64,000 bases of DNA from Hormiphora californensis (taxonomy: Eukaryota > Animalia > Ctenophora): NCBI GenBank assembly GCA_020137815.1, contig CM035360.1, positions 2,480,001-2,544,000 of the forward strand. Reading direction: 5' to 3'. Below are positions 12,253 through 24,400 of this stretch, piece by piece. The translations under genes were made by a program, and so were the position numbers. Numbering within the stretch: the first letter of the stretch is position 1; each line of letters starts with the position of its first letter. The notes below the pieces were generated by a model, which was given only the letters and a program-made list of their open reading frames with translations, had not been told where the DNA came from and ran no database searches.

Positions 12253-15200
12253 GAGACAGAAGGACAGGTCGAGAAAAATAAGGAGAATAAGAAATCGACA
12301 GATAAGGGCGCGCACACACTGTTCATGCGTGATCATGTCCATAAGTGGGCAAGATTTTGATCAAGTCATGCAGACTGTTCAAGCTTGATCATCTGATCAA
12401 GCTTGTACAGTAAAAACTGAAACTTATTCATATCAAAGCAAAAACCACTGTACCCGACTAATTTTGATAAGCTAGTTTTCAAATCCTTCGGAGGTCGGGA
12501 AAGTGTCCTAATTGGGCATAATTGGGTCTAATTGACCCCACTTACAACTTGTCACCTGGAAATGACGTGAGGGCACTTTTCCGACTAATTTTGATACGCT
12601 GAATCATATAAGCAACTTTTCCAAGCCCCCAGAGGTCAGGAAATGCCCTAATTGAGCAATTAAGGTCAATTAGATCCAATTATACTCAATTAGGACACTT
12701 TCCCGACCTCTGGGGGCGTGGAAAAGTTGTTTATGTGATTCAGCGTATCAAAATTAGTCGGAAAAGTGCCCTCACATAAGCGTCTATTATTTCCAGGTGA
12801 CAAGTTTTAAGTGGGGTCAATTAGACCCAATTATGCCCAATTAGAAGGTGACCTACAACTATGGCTCATGCAACTATGGCTCATAGAATCTATGAGCCAT
12901 AGATGCATGCAACTATGGCTCATAGATTTTATGAGCCATAGATGCATACAACTATGGCTCATAGAAATGTGATCTGATTAGGTTCTATGAGCCAAAGCTA
13001 GTGAGAGTGAGAGGGACGTGAGTGACACGTGAGTGACACGTGAACGACACATGAGTGACACGTGAATGACACGTGAGTGACACGTGAGAGATCGAATCAT
13101 ATAATATTGAATGAGCACAATATGAATAATGAGCACAAATGTAAACGATTTACATAATAATAAATCTAATATTACATAATTAAAATTACACTATCAGTTC
13201 ATCTAGGATATAATGGTAAAAGGGATCCTTCTTTGGACAGTTCATAGAGCTTTTCACGTGAATCAGCAGCTCCTTAACACGATGTTTATTCAAATCTATG
13301 ATCGGGTAGGTACTATAAAACAGCCGCCTTGCATTATCACTATCAGGATCCACAATAAAAAAACTCTCCAACAGGTCTGATTTTTGAGAAAATAGTATAG
13401 GTATAGGAAGTTCCCAGAAATTACCTGACTAAAGTTTCTGATCTTTCACACTCTTCCAAAACCTCCCGGTACTCGTTGAACGTAGTTTTGTTAGTGACGT
13501 CGATAACAATTATAGCTAGTGAATCCACTAACAAATTCTAATGAGCGGGATGGATATGTGACAGTGTCACATATCCACCCCCTCACTGACACGATTCTGG
13601 GATGCGTCATTAGCAGAGTGAAACGATACGAGATACGAAACTTATGATTCGGGGGAGCTCATTAGCAGTGTGAGACGATACGGTATGTGGAACATGATTC
13701 GGGGAAGCTTATTAGGAGTGTTAGACACTAAAATGAAACACGATTCGGAGAATGTTTTATCGCTCTTTCTATCTATCTCTATCTATATCTATCTCTATCT
13801 CTTTTTGTCAATTATCTTGGACTTGAGAGGTGCCTACTTTTATACTATAATGCGAGGTGACGCTACACACTGAGTTTAGTGCCCTTATTTTTGGTAATAA
13901 GAGCCTATCGGCTCGCCTCATTGTTTTTAGGAGGATATGTTGTTTTAGATGGAATGCGTTGGGTTTCATTTATTTTCTCGAGTCTTGCCAAACAGACCAA
14001 ATTCAAACCATTCCATCTAAAACAACAACATTATATATCTGGATGTCGGCTGAGCCGACATCCAGATAAAAAAGGAAACGGAGTATGGACAAAAATAAGG
14101 GCACCAAAGTTTGTAGCTTCCTCGCATTAGTATGGGTAGGTATCTCATCTGGTTCTCAAGATAATTGACAAAAAGAGATAGAGATAGATAGAAAGAGCGA
14201 TAAAATGCATTCTCCGAATCGTGTCTCATATCGTCTAACACTCCTAATAAGCTTCCCCGAATCATGTTCCACATACCGTATCGTCTCACACTACTAATGA
14301 GCTCCCCCGAATCATAAGTTTCGTATCTCGTATCGTTTCACCCTGCTAATGGCGCATCCCAGAATCGTGTCAGTGAGGGGGTGGATATGTGACACTGTCA
14401 CATATCCATCCCGCTCATTAGAATTTGTTAGTGGATTCACTAGCTATAATTGTTATCGACGTCACTAACAACACTACAACGTTCAACGAGTACCGGGAGG
14501 TTTTGGAAGAGTGTGAAAGATCAGAAACTTGAGTCAGGCAATTTCTGGGAACATCCTACCTATACTACTTTCTCGAAAATCAGACCTGTTGGAGAGTTTT
14601 TTACTGTGGATCCTGATAGTGATAATGCAAGGCGGCTGTTTTATAGTACCTACCCGATCATAGATTTGAATAAACATCGTGTTAACTGTTAAGGAGCTGC
14701 TGATTCACGTGAAAAGCTCTATGAACTGTCCAAAGAAGGACCCCTTCTACCTACCCCTTCTACCCTACCATTATATCCAAGATGAACTGATAGTGTAATT
14801 TTAATTATGTAATATTAGATTTATCATTATGTAAATCGTTTACATTTGTGCTCATTATTCATATTGTGATCATTTAATATTACAGTCGGACCCCGATTTA
14901 ACGGCCCCCGATTTAGCGGCACCCCGATTTAACGGCAGCATAATCTTCCCCCGATATAGGAAAATAACAGTATTTGAAACCCGATTTAGCGGACACCCCG
15001 ATTTAACGGACAAAACCCTTTCCCCCGAGGATGCCGTTAAGGGTACGCTTACCAAAAATTTTTTTCGAGTGCAGGGAAATCTCTCACCGTAGGGTTGTAG
15101 GCCATGCCAAGGAGACCTCAAATATGCAATTTGAGCTCTCAAGTCGAATTCATATTTTTGCTACAGCTGCTTGAAAAATGAACTGAAAATAAGTTTTTGG

Positions 15201-18110
15201 CATCTTAAAAATACATTTGTAAAGATAGGATCATAAAAATTTGTGGATTTGAAGAGGACAAAGAGGTGAGTAGCCACAAAAAAATTTTTTGAAATCCGAG
15301 CTGATTTCTGGTCCTGAGATGGATTTATTTTTTTCCAATTTAACGCCCTATTTGGCAAAGTTCCGAAAACATGTGAAAGCTGTAAATTGGTGAAAAGTTG
15401 CGTCTAACGATTATCTAAGTGGCCATAAATTTTGGGCGTGTCCTTATTTGAGATAAGCTGTACAGAGTTTTTTTTGTGAAAGCCGTCATTTCAGAAATAA
15501 ATAAATTCCCTGTATCTCAAAAACGGATGATCGTAGAGACCTGAGACTATGCTTAAACGATTCAGAAGGTCCGATTTTGGGGGGGTCTTCTGAGAGACAT
15601 TTTGCTCCTACTTCAACCGTTTTTGCTGTAATTGCGAAAAACAAAAACCCATCTTCGCCATCGTGGATTTTTTGTGATTTTGTTTTTTGTGATTATAGGG
15701 ACCCATATGGACCAGATAGTGAAGGAATTAGCTTGTTACACACTTTTCCATAGTTTCGGTCCTTTCTTAGCTAAAATTCCCTAATTACAGGATATTGGAG
15801 TTTAGCTTTTGCCCTTTTCATAGAATTTGTTTTTCGCAATTACAGCAAAAACGGTTGAAGTAGGAGCAAAATGTCTCTCAGAAGACCCCCCAAAAATCGG
15901 ACCTTCTGAATCGTTTAAGCATAGTCTCAGGTCTCTACGATCAGCCGTTTTTGAGATACAGGGAATTTATTTATTTCTGAAATGACGGCTTTCACAAAAA
16001 AAACTCTGTACAGATTATTTCAAATAAGGACACGCCCAAAATTTATGGCCACTTAGATAATCGTTAGACGCAACTTTTCACCAATTTACAGCTTTCACAT
16101 GTTTTCGGAACTTTGCCAAATAGGGTGTTAAATTGGAAAAAAAGAAATCCATCTCAGGACCGGAAATCAGCTCGGATTGCAAAAAACATTTTTGTGGTTA
16201 TTCACCTTCATGTCCTCTTCAAATCCCCAAATTTTCATGCTCCTATCTTTAAAAAAATTTTTTTGAGATGCCAAAAACGTATTTACAGGACATTTTTTAA
16301 ACAGCTGTAGCAAAAATATGAATTCGACTTGAGAGCTCAAATTGCATATTTGAGGTCTCCTTGGCATGGCCTACAACCCTACGGTGAGAAATTTCCCTGC
16401 ACTCGAAAAAAATTTTTGGTTAGCGTACCCTTAAATCGGGGTCCGACTGTATATGATTCGATCTCTCACGTGTCATTCACGTGTCATTCACGTGTCACTC
16501 ACGTGTCACTCACGTGTCATTCACGTGTCACTCACGTCCCTCTCACTCTCACTAGCTTTGGCTCATAGAACCTAATCAGATCACATTTCTATGAGCCATA
16601 GTTGTATGCATCTATGGCTCATAAAATCTATGAGCCATAGTTGCATGCATCTATGGCTCATAGATTCTATGAGCCATAGTTGCATGAGCCATAGTTGTAG
16701 GTAATCCAATTAGAACACTTTCCTGATCTCTGACGGATTTGAAAACTAGCTTACGTGATTCAGAGTATTAAAATTAGCCGGGTACAGTAGTTTTCGCTTT
16801 GATATGAATAAGTTTCAGTTTTTACTGTCCAATTGCTTGATCAGATGATCAAGCTTGATCAGTCTGCGTGACTTGATCAAAATCTTGCCCACTTATGGAC
16901 ATGATCACGCATGAACAGTCTGTGCGCGCCCTAAATCTGAGGTACAGACAAACTAGAAGACGGGGGAGAAGCGACTAACCTGTACTTCTAATTTCATCTC
17001 CTCTAGTTTCTCTTCCTTCACTGCGTCATGTGGTAAACTCACCTGAACAAGAAAAATTGTTGAGTCTTCCCCCTTACTCAACAAAAGAAAACGGTTATAA
17101 TTTGTGTGGCTCACACCGCTCTGTGAGGGTTCGGTAGATCAAGGCATACCGCCATGGGAATATCTCGATTATCTCCGATTGGGTTGTTCATACTGTTGTT
17201 TAATGTTTTTACTCAGATACAATCATTGTGGTAGGTACTCCTACCTCTGTAACAGATAGCTTGGTAGATAAGGCACTGTTTAGGTCGCAGGTTAACTGTT
17301 CGTTGGCTGACTGAAACAAGAAGGATAATCATTGGAAAAGGCATAGCCATAATAGCCATTGAGGCCAAACCGTTTGGCCAAAACGGTATTTCATTTCCAG
17401 TGCGAAAATCAAAATAGCGGGAAAGGGTGATTTAGAATTTACAGAGTGCACGCGCGCATGAGAGCCGTGTTCTGTGTTTTTGTGTCATATCAGAGTACCC
17501 GCGCGTTACAAACATGTGGATTGTGGGACCTTCTGGGATCGGGATCAGGGATAGACAACGGTTCCCGGGATTTAAGTCAAACGATTGGGTATGGGGATCC
17601 TTCGTGGGATTCCATTGGAAGGTACATCGTGCTGTACTAAGTGGGCAAGGGTGTCGACTGTCGGGAGTACCTATAACCTACAGCAACTAGATGTCAGTAG
17701 ACGTCACGGTTGTTATGTTCTAACCCTAATTTGTGCGGAGCACACGGAAAGAGGGTCGAGCAAGGCAAGGACTAGGGACGTCAATAACTATCTAAACTCA
17801 CTTACCCGTAACATGCGTGTCTCTTCAACATTCTGAAAGGTAGGGGAGTAAGTTACTCAACAAGACGGGGGGGGGGGGGGGTCAGCTATCATACAACTAC
17901 CTACCACAACACACTTTCGACCCAATTAGCCCATTGCCCTGATACGCAGTCACACCTCTGGCCCGGTGGCCGGTGTGAGCTAGCGGATAGACTGGGAACA
18001 TGCCAACCATGCTACGGATTATTTCAAGGAATATATCTTACCTCCAACAGTCTATCAACAAGAATCTCAAAGTTACCAAGATTAAACTTATCTCCGTTCG
18101 TAACGGTCAT
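10441..18110 (-). CDS. ~642-aa coiled-coil protein with Ser/Thr/Pro-rich C-terminal half, CCDC73-like
   Basis: Exons 18042-18110, 17806-17832, 17245-17310, 16980-17042, 10441-12144; all phase 0, GT-AG. N-terminal LLENVEETRMLR and ESEIGMLKREL resemble recalled CCDC73 motifs (LLEALEELRMRR, EKEIEGLKETL); the family call is from memory. Confidence 0.7.
14883..16449. mobile_element. TA-flanked Tc1/mariner-type MITE (CAGTCGGACCCC family), level 3
   Basis: TA|CAGTCGGACCCC...GGGGTCCGACTG|TA; shorter relatives at ~20289-20371, ~25565-25620 and ~51732-51795. Confidence 0.8.
15041..16430. mobile_element. TTAA-flanked palindromic element with GGGTACGC termini (Kolobok-like), level 4
   Basis: TTAA at 15037-15040 and 16431-16434; ~600-bp inverted arms around a ~180-bp spacer. 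Purine-purine termini with a TTAA TSD fit Kolobok rather than piggyBac (CC termini). Confidence 0.75.
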
Positions 18111-18216
18111 CCTAGCTAAGAAAATGTTGTTGTTTAGGGTGGTAAAATGGGGGAAGATTTGCATTAAGTATTCATGGCGTCAAGATATGAGATATGATAC
18201 ACTGTACTACATAATA

Positions 18217-18369
18217 ATACAATGGACAGTGACCGATTATAGAAACTTGGGGTAGTGACTGGTGGTGGGTGGGGGGGGGGGTGTAGATTCTAGACTCTAG
18301 AGTCTACACCCCCCCCCCCCACCCACCAGTCACTACCCCAAGTTTCTACCGGTCACTGTCCATTGTATC
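18217..18369. repeat. ~150-bp near-perfect inverted repeat upstream of the coiled-coil gene start
   Basis: atacaatggacagtgaccg...gtgtaga mirrored by tctacac...cggtcactgtccattgtat. Confidence 0.85.
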
Positions 18370-18433
18370 ACTATCTAGAATCTAGAGCCATAATTTTATA
18401 AAAGCATCTCACGCATAAAATCTACCCCCTCAG

Positions 18434-18530
<97 letters not shown>

Positions 18531-18939
18531 ATTGTACCGGCTGCCCGTCTCTTATTGAGTCGTGTCATAAAATGTATGAACAATTCAACCAACTTCATTC
18601 TCTGTTAACAATTCAACCGTCTCTTGAGTCACAGCTGACATTGTGTTGACGTGTTGTTTCAAATCTAACGAGGGCTGGGATCGATAATATATCTACTTGC
18701 TACCTATTGAGCTTCCCCTTGTAATATATAAGTGAGATTGTTGTACGTAAAGTGTTCACTTGTAATTCACATGTGTGACATTTCCTCATATAATTTCTAT
18801 TAATTCTGAAAATTCATATTGTTTCGAAGCAGTGGGCACATCAGGATGAGTAAAAAGAGCAATTATCTTCGTGTTCTGATATGCTACTTTGCCTTGGGCG
18901 ACCCTATCTCTGTTTGAACAAAATAACCACACTGTATAC

Positions 18940-19241
18940 TATACAGTGTATATGTAGTAAAGTCGGATTTTTTGAAGTTGTCACCCCCCTCGGTGGCACG
19001 CTAGTTTTTATTTGCGTGTCGGAAACGTGTCGGAAGCTTGTTTTGGCTCTCACGCCTTTGTTTCTTGACCAATTACGTCAAACAAAACTTTTACGGACTC
19101 ACAAAATTATGCTCTTTCCGATGATATGCGGCTTTTTGCCGAAAAGTGAGAGCAAGTGGGGGCTGTCATGCGCAAATACGACGCCGCGCATGAAAAGGGG
19201 GGTGACAACTTCAAAAAATCCGACGTTATGTATAGTGTATA
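18940..19241. mobile_element. MITE with GTCGGATTTTTTGAAGTTGTCACCCCC inverted repeats (ends approximate)
   Basis: Inverted 27-mer at ~18962-18989 and ~19197-19224. Confidence 0.65.
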
Positions 19242-21414
19242 CCCCCCAGTTTAGAGTGGTCATTTTGACAGGTCATGAGTGGTTATAGAATTTAAGTAAT
19301 AATGGTACGATGAGGAGAGATTTGTAGCTCGATTTACCGGCTCTCGATTTGTAGCCCGATGTCAGAGCATTGGCCTGACCCTATTCTCTATTTTTTCTCC
19401 CGAAAATCCTTGTTGACGCACAGACACTAAAACAGCCGCGTGAAGCGCTGCAAAAGAAGCCGGCGAATAATGGCTTTTACTTGGTTACGAAGTTACCCCT
19501 TGCCAGCGCACGCGAAGGTCGCCCGGTGAGGTGTCTTCGATACCAAGGCTTTTACAGCAAGATGAGAGGTGATGTATGACATCACCAACGAGCTGATCCC
19601 GGCAACAAATCGGGCTCCCATTTTATATGAGAAGGTCGTCCAATATATTCATGCTTTACCGCTATTCAAGCGATATATATATTTCCGACAGAAGCTGCTA
19701 TTTTACATACAGTTTGGGCATTGCAGCTGTTTCTCTTTAGCTGTAAAATAGCATTTTTAGGTAATGCTCCACAGTCCACTTACAAAACACCTGTTGTAAT
19801 GTAAAGAATTCCGTCGCCTGCCACGGTCTCCACGCTATGAGCAATTTAATCTTCCTGGCTCTGACAACTATGGCTCGAGATTTAGTTACCCCCCCCCCCC
19901 TTTGTAGAATACTAAATAGCTGTAGTGCGAGAACACATTAAATACACAGTAGAAAATAACTTTGGTATTATATTGTCCTCAACCATTTTATTCTGTCAAG
20001 GCCTGAAAATTCGATCCTCTTCTTTGAAGCGGACGGGAAAGACCAAGGGTCAAAGTGAGACCTCTTTTTCTCTACGTTTTTAACACCTCTTGTACAGCAG
20101 TTTCATTTCCGTCAAAGCATGTTTTGTTTCCCTGACCCTCTCTAATCTCTATACAAGGCATAATATTCGGTGACATAATATTAATTCGCCAGGGACGTTG
20201 AAAATCATATTTCTCAAATAACGGCAACTCTTGGTATTATCGACCGTACAACTAGTAAAATCACTGAGGTGGGGACTTCTTAGAGGTACAGTCGGACCCC
20301 GATTTACCGGGATGCTCGGGAAAGTGTTTTGTGCGGTAAATCAGAGTGCCCGGTAAATCGAGGTCCGACTGAACAGATGAATGAAATGTACTTCAAAGAT
20401 TATTGTTATCAAGTGTTCGAAGATGTGGCGCCTTGTTATGTTCTAACCCTCCTTTACATTTGTTTTGCGGGCGGGGCGCGGGCGTGGGGTGCACGAAACA
20501 CAGTCTAGTGGCGCCTGCCACCAAGAGTGCTCACTGATCAACCGGAACGGATCACGGGAGCTGTAGTACAAAAGAAACGCAGAGGTGTAATGTGCATAAA
20601 CCTTTGCGTTTCTTTTGTGTTATAATATTTAGAGCCCCAAGTTTTGGCATTAGCTTGTACTCATATCCTGCAGCGAGGGTTTATAGTGTGGGACACGGAA
20701 AAAATAAAGGAAAAGGGTATTTTTTTTTTATTTTATTTATTTTATGGTTTTGTTGGGGGGTTTCCCCCAATCCCCCCGGGGGCCTAAAATCCTACATTGG
20801 TTTCCTTTAAAAATTTTTCTTTAAAATTTGTAAAGCTTTTTATGAATTTGAAAACAAAAAACCCCCGGGAACATTTGAGGTCTTTTTTCTCTTCCCTTTT
20901 TATCTCTTTTTCCTTTGGGGGGGGTTTTTTTTCCCCCCCCTTTCCCCCCCCTTTCCTCCCCGGGGGGTTCTTTTTTTGGGGCTCTTTCTCTCCTTCTTCT
21001 TTTCCTTCTCTTCTCTTTTCTCTCTCCTCTCTCCTCTCTTCTCCCCATCTAGAAAAAAAATATGTACGATGTTTGCGATTTGTCCTTTAAGGGTACCTCC
21101 CCCCTCACCCCAGATCTCACGTTCGGGATCAAAAAATCGAAAATTCCCCATTTTAAAATTTAAAAATTTAAAAATTGTGCCCCAGTTTTTAAAATTTTTA
21201 ATTTTGTGCTACCTTTTAATTATACTTGGTGACAAGTGAAAATATATTCTTGGTTTCTTTTTTATTTCTTTTGAAGGAAAATTTTATTTAAAAAAGAGAC
21301 CCGTGGTCTTAGGGTTTTTAGCGATGTAAATTTACAACCCTAACAAAATTTTTTTCAAAATTTTCGCAATTAATTTTCCCCCAGGTCTATGTTTTTGTTG
21401 TATTGTTCAGCACA

Positions 21415-24400
21415 ATGTTTTTGATAATCGGGTTGCTGCCCGGACTTGTCCAGTGCTTGACAGACAGTGAAATTGAGTTGTTTACTGTAGCCGGAGCTAA
21501 AGCAGAACCGATTACTGACGCATTACCATTCGTAAGTATACCTCTGGAGGACCTCTGGAAATGTTACTCTTTACAAGTAAACTAAAACATATGTGCAGCC
21601 ATCTCTTGAAGGATCACCATTATAATCAGGGCCTGACCAGTGACCGGGAAGCTTTTTTTACGCTGGGCCGGGATTTCGGGATCGAATTTTGCAGGGGCCG
21701 GGATTGCTATTTGGTAATAATATTATCGATTTCACTATTTCAGGTTTCGGTAACAAAATTGGGTAGTGAAGGGATACTACAGCTAAATTTTAATGCAATT
21801 CCCGATCACTATACAGCCCGGTTTGATGGATCTTCTGACCAGCTGAGGATCATGAAGGTAAGTTACTGAAACTGATTATTTCGAAGGAATGAGCTGTTTA
21901 AATTTACTAAATTCCTTCTGTGGTGGCAATGCCACGGCCCCAAAAGCTGACGTGTTTTTTCCTCGTAAGTATATGACCAGCTTTGGTCTAGTCAATACTG
22001 ACAAATCATTGTACAAATTCCTTCAGGCACAAGATTTTGTACTGCGAATTCCTGCCAACCCGACCCTGTCTTATGAAACTCTGAACTGTCTACCGTTACG
22101 GATAATAGGAGTCACTGTTAAAGGTAAGCCTTCCTAACCTTGATGTCCCTCTTTGAGTCTCTTATCCAAGTCATCTATGGTGTCTACTGGAAAGTCTCGC
22201 TCATTACGTATACGGCCCTTCCACCACAAATATGAGGCTAATAAACAGTTATTCGATCACCCAACTTTTTGCTAACTGTAATAGTTTATCAACTAGCAAC
22301 AATCTTTCCAGGTGTCCCCATCTACAATCCCTATGCTCCGGAGAAAGGGTGCCACATGGCCACGGAGAAACGGTTCACTGATGCTTGTGGGGGTACCACT
22401 GATGAGGCTGGAGTGTAAGTTACCCCTTAGCATACTAGAGCCAAAGATGGTAATCGTCGTAAGCATTCGAACATCTTTAGCGTTGCATCTTTAGCGTTAC
22501 AACTTTAGCACTGCATATTATGCAACTATGACCGTCCAACTCGGATACGCCCTGATTGACATTCGGGGGACTTGAAATGACTTGAAACATATACATTGCA
22601 CCCTTTCAGATACCACTATTACAGCTACAGTCCGTGTGTACAGACACTCACGTGTGATGCAAAACCACAGCTTTACGGAGTGGCCATTGATGGTAAGATA
22701 CTGGGTAGTAACGCTCCAGTTACAAATTGGAAACTGACACCAGGTTGGAAACTGACAACAGTTTCTAGCTGCAGGAGACACCTGATGAAAAATGCTGTGC
22801 GTGTCATCTACGATCGCGTGACTGAATTTCGATGTGAATTGCATTGAAAGTAGCGCTGCACGTAGTGTCAGCACTGCCATTTCTAACTGGGAGCTGGAAA
22901 CTGATACCAGTTTCCAATTTGTAACTGGGGCTTAACTGTCAGACCAATGCTCTGACCACGGTTCTCGCACGCTCCGCTTTCTTATTAATTGAAAGAAGTG
23001 AGAATAGGGACTTAAGCCAATGCTCTGACAGCCGACAGGGTAGTCATGGGGGGGGGGGCACGACGTCTTGTTCTTTCTTCTGCTTCTCAACCATAGTTTC
23101 TATCGGCTATCGCATCACGGGTGATGTACTGTACCGGTGTGATCCTCTCGAGTGGTTCCATTGTTGGTCAATTTTCGAACGACAATGGAAAAGCCGACTA
23201 TCTACTTCTTTACAGGATTTCCTTTTTCTTAATTGCTTATTTACTAACTGAAACTGCCCTAATCCTTTAGAGGATTTCCTATTTTTACTAACTGCCGTCC
23301 TTTACAGGATCCTACTAACTACATGAAAATTGAACATCTTTACAGGATTTCCTATTTTTGGTCCATACGACGAGAACGGTGAAATGTTGACTGCTCGACA
23401 TCTGGACGAGTGCGGTGGAAGGCTGGATAGCAATAGTCAATACAAGTACCATTTCGTGGCGGATAGTCCTAACTTCTTTCACTGTCTCAAGGGAGAGGTG
23501 AAACTCTTTTTAACTTTCAAAATATCTTTATAGACTTTAGTTGAATATCAGTCAACTTGATCTGAGTGCACTGCTGAGAATCAACTATTCAACTGCAGTG
23601 ACGCCAGATAGTCTAAAGATAGCACTTTGTTGCAACGTGTATTCATTGTTCTCAAGGGGCACAGCTTATATATGCCCAAAATCTACGACTCTGAGCCTGC
23701 ATATTCTTCAAACAATATGCAGCAGTGTCGCTATTGTGTGAATCCCAAGCATTGTTATATCGCAAGCATTGTTATAAGATACGATCGTGTTGAACGGGTA
23801 ATCGATAGATCGAGAAAATAATATTATTGAATTTATTGCAGATTTTGAAGGATTCCGCGTTAAATTTCGATAACTTCATTTGCAACTGTCCTTACACTGA
23901 TCAACACTTCAATATGAGTTATAGAGGTTAGTTTTTAGCAGAGTTATTTCCCCCCATTGAAAGTAGATCCTTGATTTAACCTAACTTGAGTCAACCTAAC
24001 CCTCGAGCAGCAGGCATATATAACCTATAGGTTTTCTAATATCCGACATTCGTAATAGATACGCCCTATAGGGATCCCTAAAAAAGTTCAGTATTTACAC
24101 AGCGTTTACACCAGAGCGCTGTGATTGGCTGAAATTTCTGATGATGGAACATTTAAGCCAATCACAGCGCAGATTTCGAAATTTTTTACCGTGGGAAAAA
24201 ACCGTAATGGCTTAACTGGTGTAAACGCTGTGTAAATACTGAACTTTTTAGGGATCCCTATTCAGTATAAGTTCCTTCTCCCTCAAAAGATCCACTAGTT
24301 CCTTTTCAATAAATCCCCCTCTTTCCTCAATCAAAATCCCCCTCCTCCCTTACTAGACCACCCTTCTCCCTCAATCCAGATCTTCCTCCTCCCTCAATCA

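Larger units (their letters stand above)
12847..16706. mobile_element. Palindromic Mutator-like (MULE) non-autonomous element, level 2
   Basis: 9-bp TSD CAATTAGAA at 12838-12846 and 16707-16715; long TIRs with CTATGGCTCATAG and CACGTG subterminal repeats; arms mirror through ~13110-14870. Confidence 0.8.
12305..16932. mobile_element. Outer palindromic (foldback) non-autonomous DNA element, level 1 of nest (own sequence 12305-12846 + 16707-16932)
   Basis: AGGGCGCGCACA... at 12305 and ...TGTGCGCGCCCT at 16932 with >200 bp inverted identity; no clear TSD. Confidence 0.8.
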
